A stretch of DNA of 64,000 nucleotides from Candidatus Hydrogenedentes bacterium ADurb.Bin170 (GCA_002070275.1 MWCY01000007.1:3704-67703), one strand, 5' to 3'. Shown: positions 37,359 to 47,310, numbered from the stretch's first letter. Numbers and translations: made by a program. Notes: generated by a model from the sequence alone, not told the origin.

Positions 37359-38363
37359 TCAGAACAATTCCAGATTTTCCGGAGGGGGCGGCGGCTCAAA
37401 ATGCCTGTGGAGCCGGATCATAACTTCCGCATCGGCTGCCGCATAGTCTATTTGCTCAGGCATAAGCGGTCGACGTGTCCAATCCGATGTCTGATAGTGT
37501 TTGTCCAGATAGATATTGAGAGCGCGAACACACACATCATCGAGGCGGTAACTGCCGACGTCAGTTTTTTTGTAGTGCTTTCTTGCATGAACCAGTGTAT
37601 CGTAAATGTTGTGGATGGCAATGCCCTTCTCTCCGAGGATCTGCTGTTCAAAATCCTTGTTATGAATAATTTTTAGGATTTCTTCGTTTTCCATCAGATG
37701 CTTCAGCGGCTCAAGATCGGTGATCTTGAGAGCATCAAAAACATAAACCTCATGTGGGCTGGCAAGCTGTACCGTACAAAGAGTTCGTGGCTCTTCAAGG
37801 GTCGTTTCCACATCAAGTCCCAGCAGCGTTTCTTTATGCAGAGCCGTGCAAATTGCATTGAATTCCTCCTGAATATCCACATAGCGTACCTGCAGCTGCG
37901 ATTTGTATACACCGCTTTTCTGGATTAAGTGGAGGACGTGCCCGTGCGTTACAGACACCTTGGACGGCTTGATCTGCAGAACAGGCAGTCCTTTAAGCAC
38001 GATGCCCACTTCTTCTGTAATTTTGTCTGCCGGTACAGCCCCGGCCTTTTCGCTGAAACTGGAGACAAGAAGCATGCGGCCGCCGGGGCGGACATAATTA
38101 AACCCGTCTCTAAGTATTTCTTTATTTTGCTCTGAAAGGGCTCCCGCATCTCTGATCTGATCAATGAGCACCAGATCATAGTACCGGCGGACATTCTGCA
38201 AAGTACTCCCCGCTTTCTTTTCCGGTTCCGGCCCTTCGACATTATAGCGTCGGGTGCGCAGCCAGGAAAGCGCAGTATCCTCTGCAGGACGGTAACAAAG
38301 GATCCGTTGTTTTTTGCTGAAAAGCAGTGTCGGGCGCAAGCGCACCAGAATGGAAGAATTCAT
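37359..38363 (-). CDS. fusion protein: methyltransferase-like N-domain (no clear GxGxG) + DnaQ/RNase D-like 3'-5' exonuclease domain
   Basis: The C-terminal half carries Exo I (LGLDVETT) and Exo III (YAAADAEV) motifs of the DEDDy 3'-5' exonuclease fold. The N-terminal half has YDLVLID and VRPGGRMLLVS, reminiscent of methyltransferase motifs IV and post-II, but I did not see a motif I. Confidence 0.6.
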   Translation of the reverse strand: MNSSILVRLRPTLLFSKKQRILCYRPAEDTALSWLRTRRYNVEGPEPEKKAGSTLQNVRRYYDLVLIDQIRDAGALSEQNKEILRDGFNYVRPGGRMLLVSSFSEKAGAVPADKITEEVGIVLKGLPVLQIKPSKVSVTHGHVLHLIQKSGVYKSQLQVRYVDIQEEFNAICTALHKETLLGLDVETTLEEPRTLCTVQLASPHEVYVFDALKITDLEPLKHLMENEEILKIIHNKDFEQQILGEKGIAIHNIYDTLVHARKHYKKTDVGSYRLDDVCVRALNIYLDKHYQTSDWTRRPLMPEQIDYAAADAEVMIRLHRHFEPPPPPENLELF

Positions 38364-38439
38364 TAGTATAAAACACTTGTTCTATTGTCAGTAGTAATTA
38401 AAACAGATGTATATAGTGTCGTAATGAATTGAACAGATT

Positions 38440-39438
38440 TCAGACCGGATCACCTAAAGCCAGCGCATCGCGGCGCATGCGCTCAGCATCGTTTTTATCC
38501 AGCGCAACATTGCCGGCACCGGCGTTGTCCAGTGCCTGCGCAACAGTGCGCATGCCGCACAGGACATGGGTAACTCCGGGCTGAACCAGTGTCCAGGCTA
38601 TCACCAATTGTGCAAGGCTGCATTCGTATTTTTCAGTCAAATCCGACCATCCGGCGAGCATATCCAGGACTTTAGGCCGGTTCTCAGCTTTAAACCAGGG
38701 ATTCCAGTCCGTATTGGTTCGAAATTCGCCTTCTTTAAACGAGCGGCTCAGACCGACTTTGCCGGTGAGGAGGCCTTGTTCCAGAGACATATATGTGAGG
38801 GTAGCAAGATTGTTTTTCTGACAGAAAGGAAGAATATCGCTTTCCGGATCCCGGTAGAGCATGCTGTAGCGGAATTGATCGGAAGCGATATCACCGCATG
38901 CGCAATAGCATTCGAGCTGTTCAACAGATACATTCGAAACGCCGATAGATCTGATTTTTCCTTCTTCCTGCAGCTTCAGCAGGCATCCCATTGTTTCCGG
39001 AATGGGTGTGTTTTCCGGATCTTTGGCGGGCCAGTGAACCTGATACAAATCGATATAATCGGTTTGCAGGCGCTGGAGGCTGTTTTCTATTTCCTCCGCA
39101 ATGGTGTCCGGACGTAAACTGATGAAGGTGTCCTTTCCATTCAGATGGTAATGAAATGAGCCACGGTTATCCTGCCACCAGATACCGCACTTGGTCGCCA
39201 AAACAACCTTATCCCGTTTGCCTTTAATGGCCTGTCCCACAATTTCCTCGGCATGCCCCCAGCCGTAAGAAGCGGCTGTATCAATAAAATTAATGCCCTG
39301 ATCCAAAGCGGCGTCGATGGAGCGGATCGATTCTGCATCGTCTACGCCGCCCCAACTTTCGCCGCCGCCTGTCACCCAGGTGCCGATGGCGATCACAGAT
39401 GCTTCAATACCGGATTTTCCCAGTGCTTTGTATTGCAT
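38440..39438 (-). CDS. aldo/keto reductase
   Basis: Aldo/keto reductase motifs present. The start was set at the internal Met 39438 (MQYKALGKSG), which has a GGAAAAGGAAC ribosome-binding site. Confidence 0.85.
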   Translation of the reverse strand: MQYKALGKSGIEASVIAIGTWVTGGGESWGGVDDAESIRSIDAALDQGINFIDTAASYGWGHAEEIVGQAIKGKRDKVVLATKCGIWWQDNRGSFHYHLNGKDTFISLRPDTIAEEIENSLQRLQTDYIDLYQVHWPAKDPENTPIPETMGCLLKLQEEGKIRSIGVSNVSVEQLECYCACGDIASDQFRYSMLYRDPESDILPFCQKNNLATLTYMSLEQGLLTGKVGLSRSFKEGEFRTNTDWNPWFKAENRPKVLDMLAGWSDLTEKYECSLAQLVIAWTLVQPGVTHVLCGMRTVAQALDNAGAGNVALDKNDAERMRRDALALGDPV

Positions 39439-39569
39439 AGTTCCTTTTCCTTTGTATTTTTGGAGAATTGCTCTGCTGGTTTGAAATCGGAGTAATGATA
39501 CCACCCTTTTTCTGTAAAACCAAAGCATGTTTTTCTGAAATCTCTCTTCGCACAGTGAAAACAGCAGAA

Positions 39570-39598
39570 AGTTGCATTTTATATCTGCATTTGCTACA
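39570..39598 (+). promoter_or_regulatory. sigma70-type promoter for rpmB (TTGCAT-N17-TACAAT)
   Basis: A near-consensus -35 hexamer at 39570-39575 and a -10 hexamer at 39593-39598, with a 17-nt spacer. It lies about 80 nt upstream of the rpmB start. Confidence 0.55.
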
Positions 39599-39677
39599 AT
39601 CTGGCTTCCATCTGAAAACTATCCCTCCAGAGTGCTGTGCAGGCACGGTACTTTTTATTTTTTACAAGGAGACAATC

Positions 39678-39950
39678 ATGGCAAGAGTATGTCAATACAG
39701 CGGAAAACGCCCTCAAGTCGGAAACCGTGTCGTTCGTCGCGGTAAAGCAAAACGCGAAGGCGGTATCGGACAGAATGTAACCGGGCTTTCCAAGCGTCGC
39801 TGGAATCCCAATCTGCAGACGATCCGTGTGCTTGATGAAAACGGCACCGTCCGTCGCGTTAAAGTCTGTGCCAAGTATATCAAGGCCGGAAAGTTCGTGA
39901 AAGCCCCTCGTGGTACCCATGCTGCATGGAAAGCCGCTGAAGGAAAATAA
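39678..39950 (+). CDS. rpmB: 50S ribosomal protein L28 (long form)
   Basis: MARVCQYSGKRPQVGNRV...RRWNPNLQ matches the L28 consensus. 90 aa. Confidence 0.85.
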   Translation: MARVCQYSGKRPQVGNRVVRRGKAKREGGIGQNVTGLSKRRWNPNLQTIRVLDENGTVRRVKVCAKYIKAGKFVKAPRGTHAAWKAAEGK

Positions 39951-39970
39951 TTTTAACTGCTGATTACAAT

Positions 39971-40010
39971 GCCCCGGACCGGCGCCAACCCGGCTCGGGG
40001 CATTTTTTTT
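39971..40010 (+). terminator. rho-independent terminator after rpmB
   Basis: A GC-rich hairpin (GCCCCGGACCGG...CCGGCTCGGGGC) followed by TTTTTTTT. Confidence 0.6.
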
Positions 40011-40031
40011 CAGCCTCCGGGAACCAAAGAA

Positions 40032-41216
40032 ATGGCACAATTAACCGATTTAACGACGGATAGCCTTGTAGAATTACAGATTGACAGTGTCGCCCACGGC
40101 GGAGATGGAGTCGGTCGCCTGTCGGGTCTCGTGTTCTTTGTCACTGGTGCTTTTCCGGGTGATCGGGTACGGGCACGGGTGACCCATAAAGGCAGGCGTG
40201 CTGTCTGGTGCTCTCTTGAGGAAATCATGGAGAGCGGCCCCTGCCGCGCACTAACAGGTATTTCGGACACGCTGGCGTGTGCTTCCTCATGCTTGTGGCA
40301 TGACTTTCTGTACCCTGCTCAGGCGGAATGGAAGTGCAGAATCGTGGAGGATAATCTGAAACGAATCGGCGGGCTGAGCGCTGAGATAAAGTGGCTGGAA
40401 GACCCGCAATTACGTACAGGTTACAGGACGCGTGCTGTTTTTCATGGCGATGGCAAAGTGCTGGGCTGTTACGCCCGCCGCACTAGAGAAATTAAAACAG
40501 CAACGCCCTGCCCTTCCAATCACCAGCGACTGCTTCATGCCTTTCAATCACTTCAATCTGCGGGTATTTATGGAGATGTCCAGATAACTGTCAATCCTGA
40601 AGGTGATGAAGTACTGGTGCATCTGCAAAAAGACTCTCCGGAGGCCAGACTTCGTTTTCCGCTGGTGAATACCGGAGATGACAAAAAACGGCACCACTTT
40701 GTTTTTGACGGCGTCCCTGTAGTGAACAATTCTTTTTCACAAGCAAGTCTGCTCCTGAACCGTATACTCAGAAAAAAAGTGGATACCTGTATCGCTGGGG
40801 CGGGCAGTCTGCTGGATTTATACTGCGGCAGCGGGAATTTCAGTTTGCATTATTGCGACTCTGCAAAAGTTCTGGGCGTGGATTCCAATGTGCATGCGAT
40901 AAAAGCAGCGCAGAAACATGCGCCGGGGAGTTATGAGTGTGGCACGGAAACGCTTATGAAAAAGCTGATTCAGGAATCGGTATGGGACGTTATTCTTCTG
41001 GACCCTCCGCGAACCGGTGCACAGCAGCTCATCCACTGTCTGAAAGAAGCGCGGGCAAAGCGGATTGTCTATATTTCATGCGATCCGGCGACACTGGCCC
41101 GTGATTTGAAAATACTGTCTTCATCAATGAGATGGCACCTGAAAGAAGTGACTGCAATCGACATGTTCCCCGGTACGCCTCACGTGGAAACCGTGACGCT
41201 TCTTGAAACAGACTAA
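40032..41216 (+). CDS. 23S rRNA (uracil-C5)-methyltransferase, RlmD/RumA family (TRAM + Fe-S + MTase)
   Basis: N-terminal TRAM domain, then four Cys residues placed as in RumA. SAM-binding motif I (LLDLYCGSGNF) and motif IV (ILLDPPRTG). Confidence 0.8.
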   Translation: MAQLTDLTTDSLVELQIDSVAHGGDGVGRLSGLVFFVTGAFPGDRVRARVTHKGRRAVWCSLEEIMESGPCRALTGISDTLACASSCLWHDFLYPAQAEWKCRIVEDNLKRIGGLSAEIKWLEDPQLRTGYRTRAVFHGDGKVLGCYARRTREIKTATPCPSNHQRLLHAFQSLQSAGIYGDVQITVNPEGDEVLVHLQKDSPEARLRFPLVNTGDDKKRHHFVFDGVPVVNNSFSQASLLLNRILRKKVDTCIAGAGSLLDLYCGSGNFSLHYCDSAKVLGVDSNVHAIKAAQKHAPGSYECGTETLMKKLIQESVWDVILLDPPRTGAQQLIHCLKEARAKRIVYISCDPATLARDLKILSSSMRWHLKEVTAIDMFPGTPHVETVTLLETD

Positions 41217-41252
41217 ACCGGGCACAGTCCGGAAAAGATCAGGAAGATAAAA

Positions 41253-41828
41253 GTGACTATTAGCAAGATTTGTGTATATGCGGCGAGCAGTAATGTAATC
41301 GCACCTGTGTACAAAGCGGCAGCGGAAGAGCTAGGTGTTTTATTTGCCGAACATGGGAAAACGCTGGTCTATGGCGGTGGCAATGTAGGGCTTATGGGTG
41401 TGTGTGCCCGGGCAGTCCACACCCGTGGCGGTAAAGTTATTGGCGTAATTACAGACAAGCTGGTCGATCTCGAATTGGTTTATGAAAAGGCAGATGAACT
41501 GGTTATTACCACGACCATGAGTGAGCGGAAGCGGATTATGGCAGACCGCGCCGATGCTTTTGTTGCTCTCCCCGGAGGTCTGGGCACTCTGGATGAAATA
41601 ATTGAGATACTGGTGCTGAAACAACTCTGGTATCATCATAAAGCCTGTGTGTTTTTAAACACCAACGGCATTTATGATTCTCTCTTTCGTTTTCTTGATG
41701 ACTTGACCAGAGACGGTTTTTCACCTGCTTCCCACCGCAGCTTCTACCATGTTTGCAGCACGCCTGCGGAGGTCATGTCCTATCTTGAGGCGTTTGAACC
41801 GGAACCTGCACACGAAAAATGGTTTTGA
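41253..41828 (+). CDS. LOG-family cytokinin riboside 5'-monophosphate phosphoribohydrolase-like protein (TIGR00730)
   Basis: 191 aa with LOG motifs YGGGNVGLMG and PGGLGTLDE. Confidence 0.8.
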   Translation: MTISKICVYAASSNVIAPVYKAAAEELGVLFAEHGKTLVYGGGNVGLMGVCARAVHTRGGKVIGVITDKLVDLELVYEKADELVITTTMSERKRIMADRADAFVALPGGLGTLDEIIEILVLKQLWYHHKACVFLNTNGIYDSLFRFLDDLTRDGFSPASHRSFYHVCSTPAEVMSYLEAFEPEPAHEKWF

Positions 41829-41962
41829 TTTTCACCACCATTTGTTGCCAGCCCCGGTTTGAAGGTGATGGCAGCATCTTGCCATACTTAGAGAGGGCGC
41901 AGGTCTTCATTTTTCAGAGAACGGTTTGAGCGACAACAAGAATTAGTCCCGGGAGAAGATGA

Positions 41963-44692
41963 TTGGCAACCTCGGATTCTAAAGACAAAAAGGAATTGTC
42001 CTTTTTTATTCTTTTTCTAGTGCTGGGTCTGTTTTTCCTGTCGGGTGCCTGCTCCCTTGTGTATCAGGTCGTATGGACCCGGAAGCTGGCACTGCTTTTC
42101 GGTGTCACCTCCCATGCTGTAAGCACCGTCCTGAGTGTTTTTTTTCTGGGGCTTGGTGCAGGCAGTTTTGCTGGCGGACGGATTGCCGACCGAAGCAGGC
42201 ATCCGCTGCGGCTTTACGGTCTTTTTGAATGCATTGTCGGGGTGAGCGCTGTCCTGGTGCTTTTGCTGCTCTCTGTCAGTGAGTCCTGGATCCCGACTGC
42301 ACTCCGGCTCTTTGATTTTTCCAGAACCACAGGCGTTCTTTTACGCGCAATACTGAGCTTTCTTCTTCTCTTTATTCCTGTAAGTCTCATGGGCGCAACC
42401 CTGCCTCTCTTAACACGCTTCGCTGTGCGCGCTCAGGAGAAAACCGGGTTTCACGTCAGTATTCTCTATGCAGTGAATACTTTCGGCGCAGTTGCCGGGT
42501 GCGCCACAGCAGGCTTCGTGCTGATTGCGTCTCTGGGATTTTCAAAAACTGTATATCTTGCCGCTGCCCTTAATATAGGCGCCGGACTGGCTGCCGTTCT
42601 GCTCTCTCTGTTGAAGGAGCCTTTAACGCAATCGGCGGTTCCCGAAAACGATAATGCTACACCGGGGTGTGGCAGCCGGGGTGGTGCCGGTCCGATGCGG
42701 CTGCTGATATTTGCAACGGCACTTTGCGGCTTTTGCGGGCTTGCCGCTGAAGTAGTGTACACGCGGCTCCTTTCCATTGTTTTTCTGGGAACCACTTACG
42801 CCTTCACCACTATGCTGACAGCATTTCTTTGCGGTATTGGCGCTGGTGGCGGTTGCGCCGCTCTGATCCAGCGGAAAATGCGCAAAGAAAATGCGCTGCT
42901 TCTTGTGGGGCTTATTTCGGGCGGTATAGCTGTTGCCATGCTCTGGAGTCTTCCGTGGATTGCTGGACTTCCGGACCGTTTTCTTGACCTTCAGCGCAGC
43001 ACCGGGCTTGTGTGGGATGCCACACTGCGCGGCACCTTTTTTCTTGCCTTTCTAACATTATTTCCCATGACTTTTCTTTTTGGAGTGGCATTTCCTCTGG
43101 TCATCGGGGCGGGCGGATTATGGCGAAAATCAGTGGGCAGTCTGGTGGGACTGATGAACGGCGCCAATACGCTGGGCGGTGTTGCCGGTGCGATGGCGGG
43201 CGGCTTTTTTCTTCTGCCTTTGCTGGGGAGCCAGAACAGCATAACCTTCCTCGCAGTTCTTTTGCTGGTAAATGGTCTTGCCTTGATTGTACTGGGCAGA
43301 ACATCGGGTAAAAGTATCCGGGTCTCAATCGCTTCAATACTTCTTCTTTGTTTTTTTGTTACATTCCTTTTTTTGCCTGCGGACGTGAATCTGGCTTTAA
43401 ATAAAGGATATATGCCCCGGGATCATGAAGTGCTTTATATGAAGGAAGGCACAGAAGGAACCGTTGCCGTGAGCGGTCCCGTTGGTGCACAGCATGGCGA
43501 AGACCGGGTTTTATGGATTAACCGGGTGCAGGCGACCACTTCCATTGAACGGGGCGTTAAAATGAACCGTTTGCAGGGCGTTTTGCCGCTTCTTTTTGAT
43601 CGAACCTGCGAGCGGGTTCTCTTCATGTGCTTTGGATCCGGCATTACCTGCGGTACGCTCGCACTCTCGCCCTTTGAACAGATCGATGCGGTAGAGATTA
43701 GTCCGGAAGTACTCGCAGTAGCTCCATACTTTGATAAAGACAATCTGGGTGTCCTCTACAATCCGGCTGTTTCTTTTCATATTGATGACGGCAGAAATTA
43801 TCTGCTCAGAACAGACCGGAAATATGACCTCATTACCTTTGAACCCATGCCACTGGCGCTGGCAGGTGTCTCCACTTTTTACACAGAAGAGTACTATCGT
43901 TTGTGCCGAAAATGTCTTGCTTCTGGCGGCATCGTATCTCAATGGATCCCTTTGCACAGCAATGACCCTGAAATGGTGAGATCGCTGGTGTTTACTTTTA
44001 TCTCCGCTTATCCTGAATATTGTGCGTTTTTTGTCAATGCGGATCTTTTTCTGCTGGGGTCGGACATGCCGTTGCGCCTGAATTATGCCAAGGCAAAGGA
44101 ACGGCTGAAAAATTCTGTTCTTGCAGATGCGCTGGAAAAATCCGGGCTTGGTGATCTCGCTGAAATTATGTCCTTCTATCTCTTTGATAAACAGGCACTG
44201 GATGCTTACGTATCCGGGGGTGTCAGTATGAGCGATGATCTGCCCTGGGCGGAGTTTACCGCGCCCCGGCTTGTCTATGCCCGTCTTGTGCCTGAAGCGG
44301 TAGATACTCTTTTGCCTTTTATCAGCAATCCGCTGGAAGCAGTGATTCCCGGGAGTATTACTGCTGAAGAACGCCAGCGCCTGGAAAGACGCTGCCACTC
44401 CCGCCGCCTTGATTTTCCTGCATTGAAAGAATATTACGGAGGCAGCATGTTTGATGACAGGGCGGCCGATGGTTTCGCTGCCTCTCTCGAAGCTGATCCG
44501 GAAAATCTGAATGCGCGCTATTACCTGAAAACGATTGTGCTGGCACAGGGAGAGCGTTTTCTTCAGTGGGATGACTGGGAGCGGGTTATAGCCCTTACGG
44601 GGAAAGCACTTCGCTTCATGCCGGATGATAAGGATTTGACTGAACTTTATCAGGCGGCGGAGCAAAAGAGAGACTTGTCTGCGGGCAGATAA
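41963..44692 (+). CDS. fused polytopic membrane (MFS-like) / spermidine-synthase-like / TPR protein
   Basis: At least 12 N-terminal transmembrane helices. The central region (VLFMCFGSGITCGTLA...EISPEVL...DLITFEP) resembles the PABS/SpeE fold. The C-terminal repeats are TPR-like. The likely start is TTG 41963 with a GGGAG ribosome-binding site. Confidence 0.7.
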   Translation: MATSDSKDKKELSFFILFLVLGLFFLSGACSLVYQVVWTRKLALLFGVTSHAVSTVLSVFFLGLGAGSFAGGRIADRSRHPLRLYGLFECIVGVSAVLVLLLLSVSESWIPTALRLFDFSRTTGVLLRAILSFLLLFIPVSLMGATLPLLTRFAVRAQEKTGFHVSILYAVNTFGAVAGCATAGFVLIASLGFSKTVYLAAALNIGAGLAAVLLSLLKEPLTQSAVPENDNATPGCGSRGGAGPMRLLIFATALCGFCGLAAEVVYTRLLSIVFLGTTYAFTTMLTAFLCGIGAGGGCAALIQRKMRKENALLLVGLISGGIAVAMLWSLPWIAGLPDRFLDLQRSTGLVWDATLRGTFFLAFLTLFPMTFLFGVAFPLVIGAGGLWRKSVGSLVGLMNGANTLGGVAGAMAGGFFLLPLLGSQNSITFLAVLLLVNGLALIVLGRTSGKSIRVSIASILLLCFFVTFLFLPADVNLALNKGYMPRDHEVLYMKEGTEGTVAVSGPVGAQHGEDRVLWINRVQATTSIERGVKMNRLQGVLPLLFDRTCERVLFMCFGSGITCGTLALSPFEQIDAVEISPEVLAVAPYFDKDNLGVLYNPAVSFHIDDGRNYLLRTDRKYDLITFEPMPLALAGVSTFYTEEYYRLCRKCLASGGIVSQWIPLHSNDPEMVRSLVFTFISAYPEYCAFFVNADLFLLGSDMPLRLNYAKAKERLKNSVLADALEKSGLGDLAEIMSFYLFDKQALDAYVSGGVSMSDDLPWAEFTAPRLVYARLVPEAVDTLLPFISNPLEAVIPGSITAEERQRLERRCHSRRLDFPALKEYYGGSMFDDRAADGFAASLEADPENLNARYYLKTIVLAQGERFLQWDDWERVIALTGKALRFMPDDKDLTELYQAAEQKRDLSAGR

Positions 44693-44735
44693 AAAGGAAC
44701 AGCGCTTTGGCACCGAAAAAGCTCGGAGAACACTC

Positions 44736-45845
44736 ATGAAGTCTTTCTGGAAAAGAGGGCGACTGCGGGCGGCAGTAGCTTGTGTACTTCTTATTATCTT
44801 TTCCGGGGTTCTGCTGAAAAAGGCCGGCAGAGATGAGAACAGAGCGCCCGATTTTGCGCCTGCCACTCCCCCGTTTTCGTCACAATCTTATGTTCAGTCC
44901 GGCAGCTGTGCCAGTCTGCCAACAGAGAGCATACAGGTTTTTTTTACGACGCCCGGGATTGAAGCCGCCCCGCCTATCCTTCACGCTTTTCTGCAGCTGA
45001 TTGATTCCGCTTCCGTACAGATTTGCTGTGCTTTTTATGACCTGGAAAATGAGGATGTTGCCCGGGCACTGATAAACAAGCATCATGCAGGGGTACAGGT
45101 TGCCATTGTTTCCGACTCCAATTATGACCGCAGAAAAGCAGTAAAGCAATGCCTCCGTGCAGGAATACCTGTGGTTTTTGATACAAGCAAAGCCTTTATG
45201 CACAACAAATTCTGTGTAGTTGACGGCCGCTTCGTCTGGACCGGTTCAACAAATATAACGCAAAACGGCTTTTATAAAAATAACAATAACGCCCTGCTGA
45301 TCAATTCTCAGGAGTTGGCAGTCAATTATATTAATGAGTTTGAAGAGATGTTCCTTCACCGGCTTTTTGGTGCAGGATCTCCCAAAAACACAGCCTTTCC
45401 CCTTCTGTCCGTTTCGGGTATTTCCATAGAGTGCTATTTTGCACCGGAAGACGGCGCAGCACAAAGAATCATCGATTGCATTCAGACTGCAAAGACCAGC
45501 ATTGACTTTATGGCCTTTTCTTTCACTTCCGTGCCCATTGCTGAAGCAATGGCTCAAAGGATGCGTCATGGCGTAAAAGTCCGCGGATTGTTTGAAAAGC
45601 GCGATGCGGACAGCCAGCATAGCCGTTACCGGTTTTTAAAAGAGAATGGCGCTGAGGTACATCTGGATATCAACCCGAATAATATGCATCACAAGGTCAT
45701 TGTGGTGGATCGGGAGCATGTAATTACGGGCAGCTACAATTTTTCTAAAAGTGCCGAAACCAGAAATGATGAAAACATTCTGATCCTCCACAGCCGGAAT
45801 ATTGCGGATTGTTATGTGCAGGAGCTGGAAAGACAGGTGTCCTAA
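44736..45845 (+). CDS. phospholipase D-family protein (two HKD motifs), N-terminally anchored or secreted
   Basis: Two HxK(x4)D motifs: HNKFCVVDG and HHKVIVVD. An N-terminal hydrophobic segment is present. Confidence 0.8.
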   Translation: MKSFWKRGRLRAAVACVLLIIFSGVLLKKAGRDENRAPDFAPATPPFSSQSYVQSGSCASLPTESIQVFFTTPGIEAAPPILHAFLQLIDSASVQICCAFYDLENEDVARALINKHHAGVQVAIVSDSNYDRRKAVKQCLRAGIPVVFDTSKAFMHNKFCVVDGRFVWTGSTNITQNGFYKNNNNALLINSQELAVNYINEFEEMFLHRLFGAGSPKNTAFPLLSVSGISIECYFAPEDGAAQRIIDCIQTAKTSIDFMAFSFTSVPIAEAMAQRMRHGVKVRGLFEKRDADSQHSRYRFLKENGAEVHLDINPNNMHHKVIVVDREHVITGSYNFSKSAETRNDENILILHSRNIADCYVQELERQVS

Positions 45846-45863
45846 CGGAAGCTGCTTTGCTCT

Positions 45864-47222
45864 TCAAATTTCTGTTGCAGGCCGGGCGACCATGTCGTAA
45901 AGTTCCGTCCGCATAAGGCGGACATCTATAAAACTTCCCTGTTTCAGCGGTGTTTTGCTTTCAACAAAAATGACTCCGTCCACTTCCGGCGCTTCCGATG
46001 CACTTCGCGCAATCCAGCAGTTTCTTTCATCGTCGTATCCCTCAATAAGCGCCCGGACGGTCTTGTTCTCTCTGGACATGTTAAAGGCTTCAGTGATAAA
46101 TGCCTGAAGCTCCAGCACTTCATTGCACCGTCTTGTAATGGTATCCCGGCGGAGCTGCTTTTTCATTAGTGTCGCTTCGGTTCCCTCTTCCCTGCTGTAA
46201 GGGAAAGCGCCCAGCCATTCAAAAGGCATGCTTTCCATGAATCTGAGCAGGTGTCTGTGGTCAGTCAGGCTTTCCCCGGGAAAGCCGATCAGCATGGTTG
46301 TCCGAAGTGTAATGCCCGGCACTTTCTCCCGGATTTGACAGATCAGATCGCCGATATTCAGGGCGTGGGCCGGACGCTGCATTGCTTTCAGGACTTTGGG
46401 CGCCGTGTGCTGCAGCGGAATGTCCAGGTAAGGAACGATTTTCGGCTGTGCGGTAATTTCTTCCAGAAGAGCCTCTGTAATGCCTCCGGGATAACAGTAA
46501 AGACAGCGGATCCAGAAATCGCCGGGAATGGCGCAGAGATCAGCCAGTAAATGCTGAAGTCTGTACTCTGCGTAGAGGTCGCGCCCGTAGGCAGTGCAGT
46601 CCTGCGCTACCAGATTTAATTCACGTACACCTGACTCAATGAGGACTTTGGCTTCGTCCAGAATCTCTTGGGAAGGTCTGGAATGAAGGCGTCCTTTAAT
46701 GGCGGGGATAATGCAGAAGCTGCAGGCATGATCGCACCCGTCACCAATTTTTAAAAATGCATAGGGCTTGTTGTCCAGCCGTTTTCTTGATCCGGAAGAG
46801 CAAGAGGATACGGCGCAGTAAGTGCGTGGTGCTTTTTCAAGCAGCAGCGCCTTGAGTTTTTGAAGATCACTGATCCCTACCCAGGCATCGACTTCGGGTA
46901 TTTCCTTCTTCAACTCGTCCGCATATCGTTGTGACAGGCATCCGGCGACATAAATTTGCCGGGGGAACCCGAACGCTTCACGATGGTTTACCCAGCGGAG
47001 GATAGCCTCCACGGACTCTTCTTTCGCATCATGAATGAATGCGCAGGTAAAGAGGACGACGGCATCCAGATGAGGCAGATCGTCTTCGGGAAATCCAGGG
47101 CATAAAACAGTTATTTCCCTGCCGGCATCGAGATCCAGAAGACCGGCAAAGTGTTCGGCATCTGCCGTATTCTTGTCACATCCCAAAACAGCAATGCCGC
47201 ATTGAAAACTCGGTACTGTCAT
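45864..47222 (-). CDS. rimO: ribosomal protein S12 methylthiotransferase
   Basis: N-terminal MTTase domain, radical-SAM motif CDHACSFC, and a C-terminal TRAM domain. The segment FCIIPAIKGRLHSRPSQEILDEAKVLIESGVRELNLVAQDCTAYG is close to E. coli RimO. Confidence 0.75.
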   Translation of the reverse strand: MTVPSFQCGIAVLGCDKNTADAEHFAGLLDLDAGREITVLCPGFPEDDLPHLDAVVLFTCAFIHDAKEESVEAILRWVNHREAFGFPRQIYVAGCLSQRYADELKKEIPEVDAWVGISDLQKLKALLLEKAPRTYCAVSSCSSGSRKRLDNKPYAFLKIGDGCDHACSFCIIPAIKGRLHSRPSQEILDEAKVLIESGVRELNLVAQDCTAYGRDLYAEYRLQHLLADLCAIPGDFWIRCLYCYPGGITEALLEEITAQPKIVPYLDIPLQHTAPKVLKAMQRPAHALNIGDLICQIREKVPGITLRTTMLIGFPGESLTDHRHLLRFMESMPFEWLGAFPYSREEGTEATLMKKQLRRDTITRRCNEVLELQAFITEAFNMSRENKTVRALIEGYDDERNCWIARSASEAPEVDGVIFVESKTPLKQGSFIDVRLMRTELYDMVARPATEI

Positions 47223-47251
47223 AGCCGTTACAATCCTGTCTAATTAAAAAA

Positions 47252-47291
47252 GGCGCAGAGTAAAAAAGAAAAAGGCTTTTTACTCTGCGCC
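47252..47291 (-). terminator. rho-independent terminator (perfect 15-bp stem) after the MFS transporter gene
   Basis: GGCGCAGAGTAAAAA-(10 nt loop)-TTTTTACTCTGCGCC, followed on the minus strand by a T-run. Confidence 0.6.
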
Positions 47292-47310
47292 GGGGAAAAT
47301 CACGATGCCA

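Noticed and set aside
39600-39677. Possible attenuator hairpin in the rpmB leader (GTGCTGTGCAGGCAC followed by a T-run)
   Set aside because: The stem is only about 4-5 bp and imperfect. That is not enough to call a regulatory terminator.
43511-44866. 451-aa minus-strand ORF
   Set aside because: It is antisense to the region encoding the conserved spermidine-synthase-like domain and the PLD gene start. It has no motifs and a Lys/Arg-rich shadow composition.
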